Assembly (NCBI GenBank): GCA_965197645.1
Contig: OZ240219.1
Span: 1,344,001-1,408,000 of the forward strand
DNA: 64,000 nt
Source: Dehalococcoidia bacterium
GTDB taxonomy: Bacteria; Chloroflexota; Dehalococcoidia; Plut-88900
Direction: 5' to 3'
Within the stretch, counting starts at the first letter, position 1. The number at the start of each line of letters is the position of its first letter. The notes below the pieces were generated by a model. That model had not been told where the DNA came from, did no database searches, and worked only from the letters and a program-made list of their open reading frames with translations. This document shows positions 1 to 9,500 of the stretch, in pieces. A program made the position numbers and the translations under genes.

Positions 1-128
1 AGTCCGTGCTCAAGTCCAAAGAGTGGTTCAGTAATGCCCCTTGCGCGCCGACTGTCACGGAGCGTGGCAAAGTGCAACGCAAGGCGCGCCTGCCATTCTT
101 CAAGCTCAATGTGCATAGCGACGCTCAC
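1..128 (-). CDS. 5' end of a gene truncated by the window edge (MSVAMHIELEEWQARLALHFATLRDSRRARGITEPLFGLEHG...); probable next gene of the defence operon
   Basis: GTG at 128 overlaps the upstream TGA (GTGA); open frame to base 1. Confidence 0.6.
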   Translation of the reverse strand, partial: MSVAMHIELEEWQARLALHFATLRDSRRARGITEPLFGLEHG

Positions 129-1360
129 CCTGGGCCTCCATGCAACAAGGATTCAATCATGCTGTCCTTGTCAAAGTTCTGATAGCTATTGTCACGAAGG
201 GATCGTGGAACGACCCAACGATTCAGACAAAACTTTGATATCGCGGCAGCTGATCTTGTGAGAGAGCGCGTTCTCTTACGTTTTCCCGCTAGGACCTCCC
301 TCCAGTTGTCTGCCAGCGGGACCGCATAGACCTCTCGCTCCACGCCGTGCTTTAGGATTGAATTCCCGTCAATGCCAATGTCTTCGAGGGCAGCTCTTGC
401 CACGCGCAGTTTCCAGTTTGGTCCCATACCAAAGCGATGGCCTGAAGCATACGGATGTCCCTTTGCCTCCAGATGCTCTCTAAGCGAATCGAAGATTCGG
501 CCATGTAGGTGAAAGTGGCCGAAACCCTTGGTTGTTCCGATTCTAAGAAAGTGAGGACCATTTGGAATAGCCAGGCGGTTGTAGATTGATGACCTACCAA
601 GTGCCGATGTCGTGGTCAACAACACGAGACGCGCTCGATGGTTCCTTTTGCGAATAACCGATTGACGCTCTAGATACTTCCGTTCGTACGCTCGTTTCAC
701 CTCCGTGCTGCCCATCAATGCCGCGACAAGTTTTCCACCAATCATCTGTGAGTAGGGAGGGACGGCACCAACGACATAAGCATCCATGACATGGACAAGG
801 CGGTCACGACGGTCCTCATGGGTCCAGCCAATCCAATTGTCCCGCGCTGAAAGATTAAAGACCGGGTCTCCAAGAGCGAAGAGTCCAATCAAACAACCAT
901 TCTGTCTATCTCTCACAAGGAATCGGAGTCGACGTCCAAAACCTTGCGACACTGGGACGGACCACAACAGGCAAGCAAACCTAAATAGTCGAGACTCAAG
1001 TGAGCCAGGCAAAACCTCAACAAGCTCTGGTTTGATCGATGCCGGGTCAATCTGGCTACCGTTCGCGAAGTGACCTGCGAGTTCAACACCATGCGTTTCT
1101 ACGAAGGCCCTTTGCCGCTCTAGGATATCCAGCCGCTGGGCGGCATGCAGATTCCGAATCTTCTGCTTCGTCAATTCTCCGTCCACAAAATAGCCACTGC
1201 CATTCTTGGAGAAACCTAGAGTCAACAGGTGGTCGTGGATTGCTTCCTCCAAAGGAACTCCGTCCGCGTCGTCACGAGACGGAAACAAGGTGTCGGCTCC
1301 CAAAGAAGATGCTGCTTCTGACGTCAGTGTCGAAGCTGAGTTGATTGACTCAATTGTCAT
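125..1360 (-). CDS. DUF4338 / Druantia DruA-like protein
   Basis: Motifs GRRLRFLVRD, LGDPVFNLSARD-WIGW, GAVPPY-GGKLVA, TTTSALGRSS-YNRL, G-TKGFGHFH; probable start MTIES at 1360; lower GC than flanks. Confidence 0.8.
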   Translation of the reverse strand: MTIESINSASTLTSEAASSLGADTLFPSRDDADGVPLEEAIHDHLLTLGFSKNGSGYFVDGELTKQKIRNLHAAQRLDILERQRAFVETHGVELAGHFANGSQIDPASIKPELVEVLPGSLESRLFRFACLLWSVPVSQGFGRRLRFLVRDRQNGCLIGLFALGDPVFNLSARDNWIGWTHEDRRDRLVHVMDAYVVGAVPPYSQMIGGKLVAALMGSTEVKRAYERKYLERQSVIRKRNHRARLVLLTTTSALGRSSIYNRLAIPNGPHFLRIGTTKGFGHFHLHGRIFDSLREHLEAKGHPYASGHRFGMGPNWKLRVARAALEDIGIDGNSILKHGVEREVYAVPLADNWREVLAGKRKRTRSLTRSAAAISKFCLNRWVVPRSLRDNSYQNFDKDSMIESLLHGGPG

Positions 1361-1571
1361 TGATGCTTCTGCCCTCACCTTCTGAGGAAGTATGCTCGTC
1401 ACTTCTAAACCGCACCCAGTCGTCTACTTCAGACAGCTTGAATCTAAGGAGTCGACCAACCCGGTGAGCTGGGAAGCCTTTTGAGTCGACCCAGCGGTAT
1501 ATCGAGTCCTTGGTGACTTGCAGGTGCGTAGCCACCTCCGCGATGTCCACCCAGTTTTCAGTGGAAGTCAT
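1350..1571 (-). CDS. Excisionase-family (HTH_17) DNA-binding protein
   Basis: EVATHLQVTKDSIYRWV...PAHRVGRLLRFKLSEVDDW. Confidence 0.85.
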   Translation of the reverse strand: MTSTENWVDIAEVATHLQVTKDSIYRWVDSKGFPAHRVGRLLRFKLSEVDDWVRFRSDEHTSSEGEGRSINDN

Positions 1572-1704
1572 GTCAATACCACCTGTGTATATAAAATGCT
1601 ATGAAAGTCTATGACAGTATAGAACTTCCCCCCTCCTTACAGTCAACAGAGTCTTGCCGAAGCCGGAGTCGCTCCGAGGTCCCGGTCCGCAGCGGCTTCC
1701 ACCT

Positions 1705-2552
1705 TCAACCTCCCGCCTCCCACAGATCCTGAAGCCCCTTGACGAAAGCCTGCGCCTTGGCTATGGTCCACTGCTCCCGCCCTCGCCCGAACAGGGGCAC
1801 CTGTCCGTTCTGGCACTTGCAGCCCTTGAGCTGCGCCTTCTTCAGCCAGTCGAGGATGCTCGTATAGGTCGGCGCTAATTCCGGTTTGAACAACCCGTTG
1901 GGTACGTTGTAGAGCAGGCACTCGATGAAATACGATGGGGCGGCGTCCTTGGTGAGCGCCTTCCTTTCGACGAGCCGGTTCCGGGCCGCCTTGAACATGC
2001 GGATGGTCCTCTTGAACCGGTTGTTAGCGGCTTTTTCCTTCCTCAACCCTCGGGAATGGTGCTGCTGTGGAAGGCTGACGACCCAGCGCCCCTCGTCGGA
2101 GAGATAGAATCCGATGCCCTCCCTGTGGCTCACCGTGACCACGAGGTCGGCGTCCGCCGGGATCCTGCCCTTCGGCACCTTCAGAGTCTTACGGCCGCTC
2201 TTTGCGGCCTTCCCGAACCTGGCCCGCAGAGCCTTCAGCGCCTCGTCCCGGAACGACTTCCATTGTTGGTGTACGAACCTGTGGGAACCATCTTCCTGCA
2301 GCAGTTCGCCGGTAAGGTCGGCCACCGCGGGCTTTAGCTTCGACGACAGCCGGACGACCACATCGACGTCGCTGTCCCCGCCGAGGTTCGTGTCGTTCTT
2401 GTACGAGCCCTGGAGAAAGACCTCGTACTTGAACTGCGATAGGGGCCCTTGTGGGCTTTGAGGGCCTCCCGGATGGGTACATGAGCCTGCTTGAAGGCCG
2501 TTCCGGCCTGATGATGGCTCCACCTGGATAGTGTTGATTCAGGTATAGGCAT
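1705..2552 (-). pseudogene. cGAS/DncV-like nucleotidyltransferase (CdnE-like CD-NTase) split by a 1-nt frameshift near 2442-2448
   Basis: N-terminus MPIPESTLSRWSH..PIREAL is in one frame; QGSYKNDTNL..DSDVD, RFKRTIRMFK and APSYFIECLLYNVP are in the -1 frame; joined length ~282 aa. Confidence 0.8.
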
Positions 2553-2608
2553 TTCTCACCTTAGAGCCCCCCATATGCCCGGACGTCCAGATGGACACAA
2601 CCACACGG

Positions 2609-3538
2609 TCACTGGGAGGTAGGCTGTTGTCGATGTGTTTCGACCAGATTGCTCCCTACGACACGGTAATGAACTTCAAATCTGTGCATTTCTGGAACCG
2701 GTCTCGAATCAGTGGCAACGTGGCCAATCTTCCCCCAGAGCACATAGCTGTCGTTGCCCGCACTGCGCGGCTTCAGCGTTTCGGCAGGGAACTGGATTCT
2801 CCTGTTCTCCTTTGGATCAATTGGGTGGTTGGCTGTCATAAGGCCCGACAGGATTTTCTTGTAGGGGTCAGGTTCCTGAATTCGGTAGTACACCTGAAAC
2901 GGGACGGACGTCTTGACATCAAACACAACCTGGAACCTCTCCAGATTGTCGGTCGCTAGATGAGGAGTGACGCTGAGAATGGAGCCTTCTCTCTCCGCCT
3001 GAACGGCGTCGAGCGTGTGGCCTAAGGCACCGCGAAGCCTACTCGACAGGTCCTCTCTGACGCTGGTTCGCACCGGGTCTTCCAGTCCTTTCGTTACACC
3101 GCGAGTTGCCGGGTCTTCAAGAGAGAACTGAAGCGGGCGGCTGCCGCGCACGTCGAAGGGAAGTTCCTTCAGGTCTCCAGCGGGAAGATACGCTGCATTG
3201 ACGGCACATATTATGCGCGTCCTGCCTAATCCTGTAGCCAAGGCGTAGCCTAGCTCGAAAAGGACGTTGGGGTTTGGCGTAAGCCTAGTGTCTGACCGCG
3301 GGCCGTTGATGGGGGTGATATCCGCTACAAACACTTCACATCGCTCGATCTTGTCGAGGATGGTAGAAGTGATCTCCGGCCACCCGGCTACTCCGGAAGT
3401 ATCCTCGTCCAACCGTAATGCTTCTTCAAGGGCAAGGTCTCGATTCAGGTTGTTGACTGCCTTGGCCAGGGCCGCCTGGATGACGCCCCTCGTCTCTCCG
3501 AGGTCAGATTGCCATGAGAAGAAGATCGTATTAGTCAT
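2609..3538 (-). CDS. TIR-like / nucleoside-deoxyribosyltransferase-like domain protein with unknown C-terminal domain; putative CBASS effector
   Basis: IFFSWQSD, ILDKIERCEVFVADIT, PNPNVLFELGYA, LPFDV; ATG 3538 overlaps the upstream stop (ATGA). Confidence 0.7.
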   Translation of the reverse strand: MTNTIFFSWQSDLGETRGVIQAALAKAVNNLNRDLALEEALRLDEDTSGVAGWPEITSTILDKIERCEVFVADITPINGPRSDTRLTPNPNVLFELGYALATGLGRTRIICAVNAAYLPAGDLKELPFDVRGSRPLQFSLEDPATRGVTKGLEDPVRTSVREDLSSRLRGALGHTLDAVQAEREGSILSVTPHLATDNLERFQVVFDVKTSVPFQVYYRIQEPDPYKKILSGLMTANHPIDPKENRRIQFPAETLKPRSAGNDSYVLWGKIGHVATDSRPVPEMHRFEVHYRVVGSNLVETHRQQPTSQ

Positions 3539-5919
3539 GTCCCCTCCGGCTCCTCCCCCTTCTCCATCCGGTAGCCGACGCGGGGCTCGTTGAGGATGTA
3601 GGTGGGGTTGTTGGCGTCGTCGCCCAGCTTGCGGCGGAGTTGCTTGGCGGCGGTGCGCACCCGCCGCGAGTCGCCCGACCTCCGCAGGCCCCAGACCCGT
3701 TGCAGCAGCCGGTCGTAGGTCAACACGCGACCGGCGTTGGCCGATAGCTCGAAGAGCAGTCCGTACTCGATGGCGGTCAGCTGCACGGGACGCCCGGCCA
3801 GCGTCACGCGACGCTCGGCGTAGTCGATGGTCAGTTCCCCCAGCACGTAGGGTTCCGACGGCTCGGCCCATTCGGGGGCTTCCCGCTTGCGCAGGGCCGC
3901 CTTGATCCTCGACACAAGCTCCATCGGCGAGAAGGGCTTGACCACGTAATCGTCGGCCCCATTCTCGAAGGCCCTGGCGATGATCTCTTCCTGGCCGTAG
4001 GCTGACAGGAAGATGACCGGCACGTCCGCCATGTCTAGGATGCCCCGCATCAGCTCGATGCCGTCGGTTCCCGGCAGCATCAGGTCCAGCAGCACCAGGT
4101 GGGGGTCGTTCGCCTCCACCAGGCTGAGCGCCTCCTCCGGGTCTCCGGTCACAACCGGGGCGTAGCCCGCCTTCGTGAGCGCGTCCCGGACGTGCCTGAG
4201 GGTCTGCGGGTCGTCGTCCACCGCGAGAATGCGCTCCCGCTCCCTCTCCGACCGGCTGGAGCGCACCGGGAGATTGGCGGCCCCGATCCCGGCGTCCTGG
4301 GCCACCGGAATAGTGAAGGTGAACCGCGCCCCAAGGCCCGGCCCGTCGCTCTCGGCCCAGATGCGGCCCCCGTGGGACTCCACTATCCCCTTGCAGATGG
4401 CGAGGCCCAGGCCCGACCCCGCGATGTCCCGTCCCCGGTCCTCGCCGTCGATGCGGGAGAACTTCCGGAACAGGTGCGGCAGACGCTCGGCGGCTATCCC
4501 CCGGCCCTCGTCCGTGACGGAGACCGCCACGTGGTAGCCCTCCCGCACGGCGGTCACCCCGATGGCCGACGCCTCGTGGGAGTGCCGGGCCGCGTTGGAG
4601 AGTAGGTTGCTCAGCACCTGGATGATCCGCCGCCCGTCCGCCATGACCAGGGGCAGATCCGGCGAGAGGTCGATGCGGAGGTTGTTCCTGCCCCCTCCGC
4701 TCTGGAACCTGCTCCTCGCCTCGTCCACCAGGGTCGCCACCTCCGCAGGCGCGGGGGCCACCGACAGCTCGCCCGTCTCGATGCGCGCAACGTCCAGCAG
4801 GTCGCCGATCAGGTCGCGCATGTAGTCGGCCTGCTCGCCGATGATGCGGAAGAACTGGAGCATCTCGGCGGGGTCCAGGTCGGACGCCGCCTCGGTCAGC
4901 GTGGCGGCTGAGCCCTTGATGGCGGTCAGCGGCGTCCTCAGCTCGTGGCTCACCATGCCCAGGAACTCGGCCCGCAGCCGCTCCATCTCCTCCAGCGGCG
5001 TCATGTCCTGTAGGGTGACGACCACTGAAACGACCTCGCCCTCCTCCGAGCGGATGGGCGTGGCGTTGACCAGGGTGGTCACGCTCTGCCCGCCGGGGAC
5101 CTCGATGACGATCTCCTCGGCCCGCACCGTCTCGCCCGTGCTCAGCGCCTGGGCCAGGGGGAACTCTTCCAGGGAGATCTCCCGCCCGTCGGCACGCCGG
5201 AAGGTCAGCATGTCGAGGAGCTCCTCCGCAGAGCCGTCAGGCATGTGCAGACCGCTGACGATCCTCCTGGCCTCCCGGTTGACCGACGTCACGCCGCCCG
5301 TCTTCGCGTCGAAGACCAGGACGCCCACGGGAGTCGTGTTCACCAGGGTCTCAAGGTCGGCCCTCGTCCGCTGCTCCTCCCGGTGCCTGCGAGCGTTGGC
5401 GATGACCAGCGCCGCCTGGGAGGCGAACATCACCAGGGTCTCCTCGTCCTCGGGGGTGAACTCCAGCTCCTTCTCGCCGACGTAGAAGGCACCGACGCTC
5501 TCCCCCAGGTGGCGGATGGGCGCGGCCAGGAAGGGCAGTGGCGAACTCACCGTCATCGGCGGGTGGAACTCGGGCAGGCCCAACTCCCTGACGTAGCTGT
5601 GGAAGTCCCGCAGCCGCAGCGGTTCACTGATGCTGCTCAGGTACTCGAAGAACAGCATCCCGTTGGGAAATTCGGCGAACCGCCGGCTCTCCTCGGGAGT
5701 CAGCCCGGAATAGAGGAAGTCCTGTATCCGTCCCGATTCGTTCAGGAGGGTGATGACGCCGTAGCGCGCCCCGGTCAGCGAGCAGGCTGAGTCGAGCACC
5801 CCCTGGAGCACTGTGTCGAAGTCGAGGCTCTCGTTGATGCGCAGGCTGGCCTGGCTCAGCCGGGACAGCCGGTCCCGCAGCTCCGCTATCTCCCGCGCCT
5901 GATCGTCTGCTTGTTCCAT
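3535..5919 (-). CDS. Hybrid sensor kinase-response regulator (GAF-PAS-HisKA-HATPase-REC-OmpR wHTH)
   Basis: SHELRTPL H-box, NLLSNA, DEGRGI, GSGLGL, VDDD..LLDLMLP..KPF, C-terminal LRRKLGDD..YILNEPRVGYR; GAGGAGG RBS. Confidence 0.92.
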   Translation of the reverse strand: MEQADDQAREIAELRDRLSRLSQASLRINESLDFDTVLQGVLDSACSLTGARYGVITLLNESGRIQDFLYSGLTPEESRRFAEFPNGMLFFEYLSSISEPLRLRDFHSYVRELGLPEFHPPMTVSSPLPFLAAPIRHLGESVGAFYVGEKELEFTPEDEETLVMFASQAALVIANARRHREEQRTRADLETLVNTTPVGVLVFDAKTGGVTSVNREARRIVSGLHMPDGSAEELLDMLTFRRADGREISLEEFPLAQALSTGETVRAEEIVIEVPGGQSVTTLVNATPIRSEEGEVVSVVVTLQDMTPLEEMERLRAEFLGMVSHELRTPLTAIKGSAATLTEAASDLDPAEMLQFFRIIGEQADYMRDLIGDLLDVARIETGELSVAPAPAEVATLVDEARSRFQSGGGRNNLRIDLSPDLPLVMADGRRIIQVLSNLLSNAARHSHEASAIGVTAVREGYHVAVSVTDEGRGIAAERLPHLFRKFSRIDGEDRGRDIAGSGLGLAICKGIVESHGGRIWAESDGPGLGARFTFTIPVAQDAGIGAANLPVRSSRSERERERILAVDDDPQTLRHVRDALTKAGYAPVVTGDPEEALSLVEANDPHLVLLDLMLPGTDGIELMRGILDMADVPVIFLSAYGQEEIIARAFENGADDYVVKPFSPMELVSRIKAALRKREAPEWAEPSEPYVLGELTIDYAERRVTLAGRPVQLTAIEYGLLFELSANAGRVLTYDRLLQRVWGLRRSGDSRRVRTAAKQLRRKLGDDANNPTYILNEPRVGYRMEKGEEPEGT

Positions 5920-6015
5920 TTCCCTCCTCGAATCGGGCTGCCGATGACTCTGAGGTTGCCCGCCGCCGCGCCGGATGCGGGATGCGAGAACGCGTTAGGC
6001 TCGGCCAGCCCCCGA

Positions 6016-6044
6016 ATTATAGCTGGCCCAGGAAAAACTCACAA
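6016..6044 (-). promoter_or_regulatory. Putative sigma70 promoter for the kinase operon (TTGTGA-17-TATAAT)
   Basis: Minus-strand TATAAT at 6021-6016; TTGTGA at 6044-6039. Confidence 0.55.
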
Positions 6045-6070
6045 CGGATTCGGTTGGAAAAGTCTTGACT

Positions 6071-6103
6071 CTCACAGATACCTCACAGGCGTTTTGGTAA
6101 AAT
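6071..6103 (+). promoter_or_regulatory. OmpR/PhoB-type tandem box (CTCACAG-N4-CTCACAG) in place of -35, then extended -10 TGgTAAAAT
   Basis: Heptamers at 6071 and 6082 (11-bp period); -10 at 6098-6103; faces the adhesin gene. Confidence 0.55.
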
Positions 6104-6258
6104 GCGGTTCGTGACTGCCCATTTTGTGGGAGAGATTCGCTTGGCATTCGACAGACCGATAGATGGAATAGAGACGGCAAACGCACCGGCGGCCCTTGCC
6201 GCCGACGCGAAGACCGCGCTTGAGGTCGCCTTCCGTCTCGGACTAGCACAGATGTTCA

Positions 6259-6278
6259 CCCCCCCCCCCCCCCCCCCC
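6259..6278 (+). repeat. Poly-C tract (C20) in the adhesin leader
   Basis: 20 consecutive C. Confidence 0.9.
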
Positions 6279-6545
6279 GATTTTCCCTCTGCTCTAGCAC
6301 CCTCGTCCCCTCCGGCTCATACCGGCAGGCCCGACCCTCTCCCATCGCCGCTCCCTCTGAGCGCGCGCCCGAAACCTTCAGAGTCCTCGAAGGACGCTCC
6401 CCCGGGCGCTTCCCGCGTCCTCGCGTCCACACGCCTTCAACCATGCAACGCCCTACCCGGTGTGCGCCACGCCTCCATCGGCTGACGCCTGCGGACCGGA
6501 CGGGCGGCGTCCCGCACACCCGCACCACCACATGGAGGAACCATC

Positions 6546-9500
6546 ATGACTGAAACCATCAAGAGACTACGTTTCCCCAGGCTACGTTTCCCGGTACCGG
6601 TGGTCACCACCCTGGCGCTGCTCGTTATCCTCGCCGCCGTGGCCCTCTCCGGCACGGCCCAGGCGCAGACCGCAATCACCCTGGTCAGCAACATCGGGCA
6701 GGCCGAAGCCACCCTTTCCCGCAACCCGGTGGGGCAGCCCATAGGCCTGCAATTCACCACCGGAGACAACGCGGCCGGCTACAACCTGGACAGCGTCGAA
6801 ATTGCTGTGGGCGACTACGAGAACGTCGTGGTGACGGTCAGCCTCTACTCGGATTCCTCCGGGGAGCCGGGGTCGAGCATCTTCAACTTCACGAACCCGA
6901 CCTCCGGTATCACCGCCGACGCGGTCAACACGTTCACGGCCCCCGCCAACACCACCCTGGCGGGTTCGAATACGCCGTACTTCATCGTCTTTGACGGCGC
7001 GAACGATCCGGATGAAAGCACCAACAGAATACGCATAAAGATGACCCATACGAATGACGAGGACTCGGGCGGCGCCACGAACGCGGAGGGCGATGCCGAT
7101 TGGGAGATCGCTGATATCTCGCATGCTCTGGATAGTGGTGTCTGGTATGGAGACGATACCGACGAATTGAAGATTCGGCTGAAGGGCAGCGCAAAGTCGG
7201 GCGGCGACACGCCGACGGTCTCGACGGACGCGACGCTGAGCGCGCTGTCGCTGGGCACGGGCGTGACGCTGAGCCCGGCCTTCGACGCGGACACGTACGC
7301 CTACACGGCGTCGGTGGCCAACAGCGTCGACGAGGTGACGGTGACGGCTTCGACGACCGACACGGACGCCACGTTCGAATACCTGGACGAGTCCGACGCC
7401 ACGCTCGACGACGAGGACACCAACGCGGCCGGCCACCAGGTGGAGCTGGACGTGGGCGACACCGTCTTCAAGGTTAAGGTGACGGCCGAGGACGGCACCA
7501 CCACGCAGAACTACACGGTGACCGTGACGCGGGCGGCCTGCACACTGAACGACGGCGACCTGTGGTGCGGCGTGGTGGACGTGGGGACCATCACCAATAG
7601 CGGCGGAATGACTCAAAGTCACGGATTCCAGGGAACGAAGGGCGACCTGTCGGACAAGACGTTCTCGCTCATGTTCGAGACCGGGACCACCAACAACTAC
7701 ACGATTACGGCGATTGTGGTCGGGGCGAGGACCGCCATCAGCGAACAACTGTTTTTCGTGACGTCCAACACTCTGACGAACACCGAAGAGGAGAGCCTGG
7801 CGCTGCATGTCGACGGCGAGAGCGACCCGTTCGTGTGGAGCGACAGCACGGAGGTGATCCCCGGCTCCTACCGATGGCCCGCGCGGACGGACCTGGACTG
7901 GTCGTCGGAAACCACGGTCACGCTGCGCCTGCGCGAGTTCCTGAGGCCGACGGTCACCAACGTGGCGGTTACCTCGATGCCGGTGCTGGAGACCGACACC
8001 TACGGGGCGGGCGAGACGATCGAGGTCTCGGTGACCTTCAGCGAGGCGGTCGACGCCACGTCCAACACGGACTTCGTGCTGAGCGTGGGCGGCGCCAGAC
8101 GCGCGCCGCTGCTGAGCGGCTCGGGCACGGCGACGCTGGTGTTCGGCTACACCGTGGTGTCGAGCGACGAGGACACCAACGGCATCTGGATCGGGGACGA
8201 GACCCGGACCCTGGTCGGCAACCGCAACGGGGAGCCCCAGAACGGCACGATCACGAGCGTGGCCACCGGCGCGGCGGCGGTCATCGCCCATACCCTGCTC
8301 GGCACGGACTCCGACCACAAGGTGGACGGCTCGCGGACAACGGACAACGTCGCCCCGGCGTTCACGTCTTCGGCGACCTTCGACGCGGCGGAGAACCAGA
8401 CGGCGGCGGGCACGGTGCTGGCGACCGACGACGATACGGACGACAGCGTCACGGGCTACGAGATCACCGGCGGGGCGGACCAGACGTCCTTCTCCATAGG
8501 GGCAACCTCCGGGGTGCTGACCTTCGACGCGGCCCCCAACTACGAGGACGCGGAGGACCAGGGCACGAACAACACCTACGTGGTGGACGTGACGGCGACC
8601 AGCGGCACGGGGACGCGGGAGATGACCGCGACGCAGACGATCACGGTGACGGTGACCGACGTGGCCGAGCAATCCGCCAAGCCGGACAAGCCGACGCTGG
8701 CGGCGGTTTCGGGCTCGACGACGAGCCTGACCGCGACGTGGACGAAGCCGGACCTGAACGGCGGCCCGGACATCACCGGCTACGACCTGCAATACCGCGC
8801 GGGCGCGACGGGCACGTGGTCGAGCTCCACCAGCTACGGCGCGACGGTGACGACGGCGACCATCACCGGGCTGACGGCGGACACGTCCTATCAGGCGCGG
8901 GTGCTGGCCAAGAACGGCGAGACGGACAGCGACTGGTCGGACGCCTCCGACGCGGTGAGCACCAACGCGGCGGTGGCCATGACGCCCACCGACGTGCTGG
9001 TCAGCAACTACCCCGACGGCTCGGGGTCCGACTTCAACCTGAACTTCGTGCAGTCCGGCAACAGCCAGCGCCGCTACTTCGCCCAGACGTTCACGGCCGG
9101 CGCCGGGTTCACCCTGACCGCGGTCGACATCCCCTTCAGGCGCGTGCCCGACAACTCGCGCGTGACGGTGTCGCTGCACGCGCGGAACGGCAGCAAACCG
9201 GGAACATATCTGGGGGAACTGGACCTGTCGGGGGCGCTGGCCGTCGGCGACAACACGTTCGCCGCGCCCGCGGGCACGGCGCTGGCGGCCGGAGAGTACT
9301 TCATCCGGGTGCGGTGGCGCATGGGCGACACGGACAACCTCCGAATGACGGACGGCCCGGATGACGAGACGAGCGCCGAGAGCGGGTGGAGCATCGAGGA
9401 CAGATCCCAGTACAGCGCCAGCGGCTCGAGCTGGAGCAATTGGAACCAGCAATTCGCCATGCGGGTCCGGGGCACGATCGACGGCGTGCCGCGGGTCGCC

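Noticed and set aside
1350-1571. HTH as the ICE's recombination directionality factor
   Set aside because: 34 kb from the integrase and overlapping the defence gene; more likely an operon regulator, though not excluded.
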